A DNA stretch of 64,000 bases from Octopus sinensis (lineage: Eukaryota). The DNA lies in the NCBI RefSeq assembly GCF_006345805.1, contig NC_043012.1, positions 1,054,001-1,118,000 on the forward strand, written 5' to 3'. Of this stretch, positions 59,644 through 64,000 are shown one piece after another. Numbering within the stretch: the stretch's first letter is position 1; the number at the start of each line of letters is the position of its first letter. A program made the position numbers and the translations under genes. Under the pieces are notes generated by a model, which saw nothing but the letters and a program-made list of their open reading frames with translations, was not told the DNA's origin and searched no databases.

Positions 59644-59736
59644 CATATACATATATATATATACATATATCTATATATATATATATATTAAATACATGTA
59701 TGTTTGTAAATTTATATGACTTAGTCTACATAAAGA

Positions 59737-59783
<47 letters not shown>

Positions 59784-60720
59784 ACACATATGTACATGCA
59801 TACATATACACATGCAACTGTATAAAAATTTTACCTTTATAATTTCAACCCACTAGTCCAACCCATGCTAGCATGGAAAATGGACGCTAAACGATGATGA
59901 TGATGATGATGATAATGATGATGAATTTGTTGTCATCAGCTGTAAAAAAAGGTCACATGACTTACTTCCTAAATGCACATGGCACTCAAATGTTTCTATA
60001 AGTATTTACACTTTCGTATATAAATGACCTACTCCACATGTATGCGTTACTTGACCAATGACTTAAATACAACTCTCCAAGCGCAGACTGATAACCCTCC
60101 ACACACAAACACATAGACAAACACATACATACATGCACACCATCATATACATATATACATGCATATACAAATATACATATACATACATAGATATATATAC
60201 AAACATACACACACATACATGTATAAGTATAAGGATTTATGTAAATCAGGTGAACATATATAATACATATAGTTGATGTAGAAATTTCATATTTCTTGTG
60301 GGTAATAATTTCATGGTTATAATTTGTGACTTCAAGTATGATTATACAGAAAATTTTTCTAGCAATCACCACGAGTTGATGATTTACAAAATATCCATAT
60401 TTGTACACATACATAAGTATACATATATATATGTGTGTGTGTTTTGTATATATATATGTATATATGTATGTATGTATATATGTATGTATAAGAAAGTCTC
60501 AATACTGCATCTATATATCTAAATGAGAATGCCTTCTTAATATATATACGAGAGCATTGTGGCTTCCTTATAGGACATCCACATGAAATAAGATACACTG
60601 ATCACTGTATATGTATATATATATCCATAGAAAAAGTGTTACATATATATATGAATGTATATTTGTATAAGTAATATATATATATATGCATGTATGTGTA
60701 CATATGTATATTTGTGTGTT

Positions 60721-60752
<32 letters not shown>

Positions 60753-61302
60753 CATATATACATATATGCATACATTTATATGCACATCTATTATCTATAT
60801 ATGTATGTGTATATATATATAAATTCCTTACTGTGAGGTTGCATTCGGACACAACTAATATCAGTTGTAACTGCAGGAAATAAAAAAATTCAATTGAACA
60901 CGAAGAAAAATATATGAAGAAAAAAAGGAATGTCAATAAATTTGTATAAACATATATTAACATAAACAAAAATAAATTATTATAATTAAAACAATTTAAC
61001 ATAAATTATAAAGAATAAAAATACAAGAACCTTTATATAAATGCACACGACATTTTTTTCTCACTTGACAAAACAAAAATTTTTATTTATATTTATATCT
61101 GAAAAATTTCATTCTTTGTTATTTCTATATAATCTTTTTCTATCATTCTCTCAGCCTTAACTTCCTGTTTTTGTTAATTACTATACTTACTGTTGGATTT
61201 TTTCTGTCTGTTATATACAAATATATTCACAAATTTTTTTTGTGTACAATTACCTTTCTGTCATCTTAAATGTATATACGTAATGATGAATAGAATGGTG
61301 TT

Positions 61303-61336
<34 letters not shown>

Positions 61337-61364
61337 AGATATATATATATATATATATATATAT

Positions 61365-61401
<37 letters not shown>

Positions 61402-61417
61402 TATGTATAATACACAG

Positions 61418-61451
<34 letters not shown>

Positions 61452-61781
61452 CATGTATGTATATATATTGTTTATATACCTATATATAGAATGTATATGC
61501 ATGCATTGGGGTATGCATATATACACACACATTTGAATTATACATATATTTATTCATATATATATAAACACAATCATACATACATGCATGCACACACATA
61601 AGATGTTTGAGTGCTATATATATTGTTATATATATTGTCACACTAAATCTGATTCTATTTTTTATTGATAACTCTTGCTAATCGTTTTTGCACGAAATGA
61701 TTATTTTTGTTATAAATGCGAAATACCTATTGAGATAATTTACAAATATATATACATAATACACATATATATATATGTATG

Positions 61782-61813
<32 letters not shown>

Positions 61814-61843
61814 TATATATGTATGTATGTATGTACACATGTG

Positions 61844-61879
<36 letters not shown>

Positions 61880-61893
61880 AATATATATCTATA

Positions 61894-61942
<49 letters not shown>

Positions 61943-62644
61943 ACATAGATATATATAATTTAAACATACATAAAAATATATATATATCACACACACACAC
62001 ATATATATATATACACACATACATATATAGGTATATGTGTGTGTGTACACCTTATAGTGAAAAGCAAACTGAGTCTTTAAGGTTTTCTCATATCTTCATT
62101 GATGACATTTGCAGTTTGAGAAACGAATGTTCTAAAAGTACAAATTCTAAAAGTATAAATGATATTTCCAAAGTATCTCAGCCTCATCATCAGAATATAT
62201 GTCTGCATAATCAAAGGTCTCTCAATATACAATGATGCAGAACAGAGCCAACATAACTTATGCAGATGATGAGTCCAAGATAGTCTGGCTATACTGACAT
62301 AAAGAGATATAGGAACTTTATTGTACCAAGCAAGCAGCAAATGTCTTATATAAAGATTCACAAAATTAAAGAGGCTAATTCAGAACATTGTTATATATTT
62401 ATTTTCAATAGTGTAAGAAAAAGGTGATTCATGTATATATGTATGTATGCATGTATATAGATATATATACATGTATGTATATATTTATGTGTATGTGTGT
62501 GTATATATATATATACATGAATACACACTCAAATACACATGAACACATGTATATATATATATATATGTGTGTTGTGTGTGTTTTCATATACATACATGTA
62601 GGTATATGTGTATGTGTGTTTGTCTTTACAAAAATATATACAGA

Positions 62645-62680
<36 letters not shown>

Positions 62681-62860
62681 TGCATCCATGCATAATATAC
62701 ATATAGATATATATATATATGTATATGTATGGGTGTATATGTATGTGTGTGAATGTGTGTATGTGTCTGTGTGTGTGTGGCAAAAAAACTAAAACAAAAA
62801 TAAATGTAATTGTTAAAAATATTATATATATTTTAAGCAATAAAATTAAACTAATTGAAT
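58396..62860 (+). other. Putative long, microsatellite-rich 3' UTR of NCKX
   Basis: Follows the stop codon; lacks SINE-A/B; AATAAA at 60879, 60935, 62799, 62839. Confidence 0.4.
62839..62850 (+). terminator. Candidate polyadenylation signal (AATAAA + ATTAAA) with downstream T-rich tract
   Basis: GCAATAAAATTAAA followed by T-rich 62860-62905; SINEs resume shortly after. Confidence 0.3.
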
Positions 62861-63047
62861 TTTTTTAATTTAATAATTTTTTAAAGAAAATTTGTTTTTT
62901 ACTTTGCACAACATTTGTTAGAATCATTAATAATTATGTTTCTGGTTTATTTAAAATTAGTATTATTATTTGATGTTATTAATATGTAATATATTACTAT
63001 TATTATTATTATTATTATTTTATTATTATTATTATTATTACTATTAC

Positions 63048-63092
<45 letters not shown>

Positions 63093-63094
63093 CA

Positions 63095-63575
63095 TAAGGT
63101 GGTAAGGTGGCAGAATCGTTAGCACACCAAGCAGAATGTTCACCACCATTGCCTCCATCTTCACATTCTGAGTTCCAATTCTGCTAATGCTGACCTTGCC
63201 TTTCATCCTTTAGTGTGGTGGTGGTGGTGGTGGTAGTGGGGAGTTCAATAAAATATGTACCAGTTGAACACTGGGGTCAATTCAATCTACTAACTCACTC
63301 TCCACATCCCCCCATACCCCGATATCGCAGGGCCTTGCGCCAAACTTTGAAATTATTATTATGATTATCATTGTTATCATTGTTATTATTATTATTATTA
63401 TTATTATATTATTATTATTATTTGGACAAATAGATTCTGAGTTCAAATTCTGCCCAGGTCAACTTTGCCTTTCATCCTTTTAGGTCCATTAAAATAAGTA
63501 CCAGTCATGTACTGGGTTGGATGTAATCAACTGGGCCCCTCTCCCAAAATTTCAGGCATTGTGCCTATATTAGAA
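63095..63575 (+). mobile_element. Two diverged SINE-B copies (63095-63350, 63435-63575)
   Basis: GAGTTC(C/A)AATTC B-box, CTTTGCCTTTCATCC. Confidence 0.7.
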
Positions 63576-63578
63576 AGG

Positions 63579-63611
<33 letters not shown>

Positions 63612-63689
63612 GTTATTATTATTATTCTTATTATTATTATTATTATTTTTATCATTATTATTATTATTATTATTATCATTATTATTTGC

Positions 63690-63958
63690 ACAGTATACAA
63701 TATCATGAAGTTGTTGATAGTGTGTCTACCAGGGGTTTGTACTGTCAAGTCACAACAAGGACCTCAGACAGACAGTACTTTATGCAATATGTGTGCAGTT
63801 CCAAGTAATGCCAATTTTTGCAATACACCTAGTCTGTAGGGTATTTCTAAAGTTACTAGATGTGTCTTCAGATTGGCTGGTATTGAACCCAATGCTCCGA
63901 TAACAATAGGGATAACTTTTATGCCTGACTCTTGTAGCTGCTACATCTTAGCGATCTC
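63690..63958 (-). mobile_element. R4/Dong-like 3' fragment of the same family as 45840-46550, (TAA)n on both sides
   Basis: Shares CAAGGACCTCAG.CAGACAGTACTTTATGCAATATGTGTGCAGTTCCAAGTAATGCC with 45848-45920. Confidence 0.8.
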
Positions 63959-64000
63959 AGTTTATTATTATTATTGTTATTAATATTATCATTATTATTA

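Overview
Animal (almost certainly octopus/coleoid, inferred from the repeat landscape) genomic DNA, dominated by microsatellites and retroposons. It holds the 3' part of one + strand host gene, a K+-dependent Na+/Ca2+ exchanger (NCKX/SLC24; closest recollected match Drosophila Nckx30C and vertebrate NCKX1/2). Six exons with consistent splice phases were reconstructed: 34389-34494, 39163-39524, 44089-44268, 52284-52403, 56881-57017 and 58149-58395 (stop). The 5' exons lie upstream of the window. The introns contain four tRNA-derived SINE families, a 3.4-kb RTE LINE plus about 20 fragments of its 3' end, a second nested RTE with a 9-bp TSD, RLE-type (R4/Dong- and HERO-like) LINE remnants, mariner/DD37D remnants, a Helitron and a Helentron-like element. 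There is one ~100-N assembly gap. Most interesting: (i) two candidate frame-preserving microexons (12 nt at 20624 and 15 nt at 31879) behind long AG-free zones, the second preceded by an ~830-nt AG-free tract that includes a YGCY/UGC-rich minisatellite; (ii) five Penelope-type minimal hammerhead-ribozyme-like motifs and six foldback hairpins; (iii) closely spaced inverted SINE pairs that are potential ADAR substrates; (iv) a SINE-free ~4.5-kb putative 3' UTR. Most ORFs in the supplied track are microsatellite artefacts. All alignments were made by eye; repeat boundaries are approximate (about +/-20 nt), and family names are my own labels unless stated.
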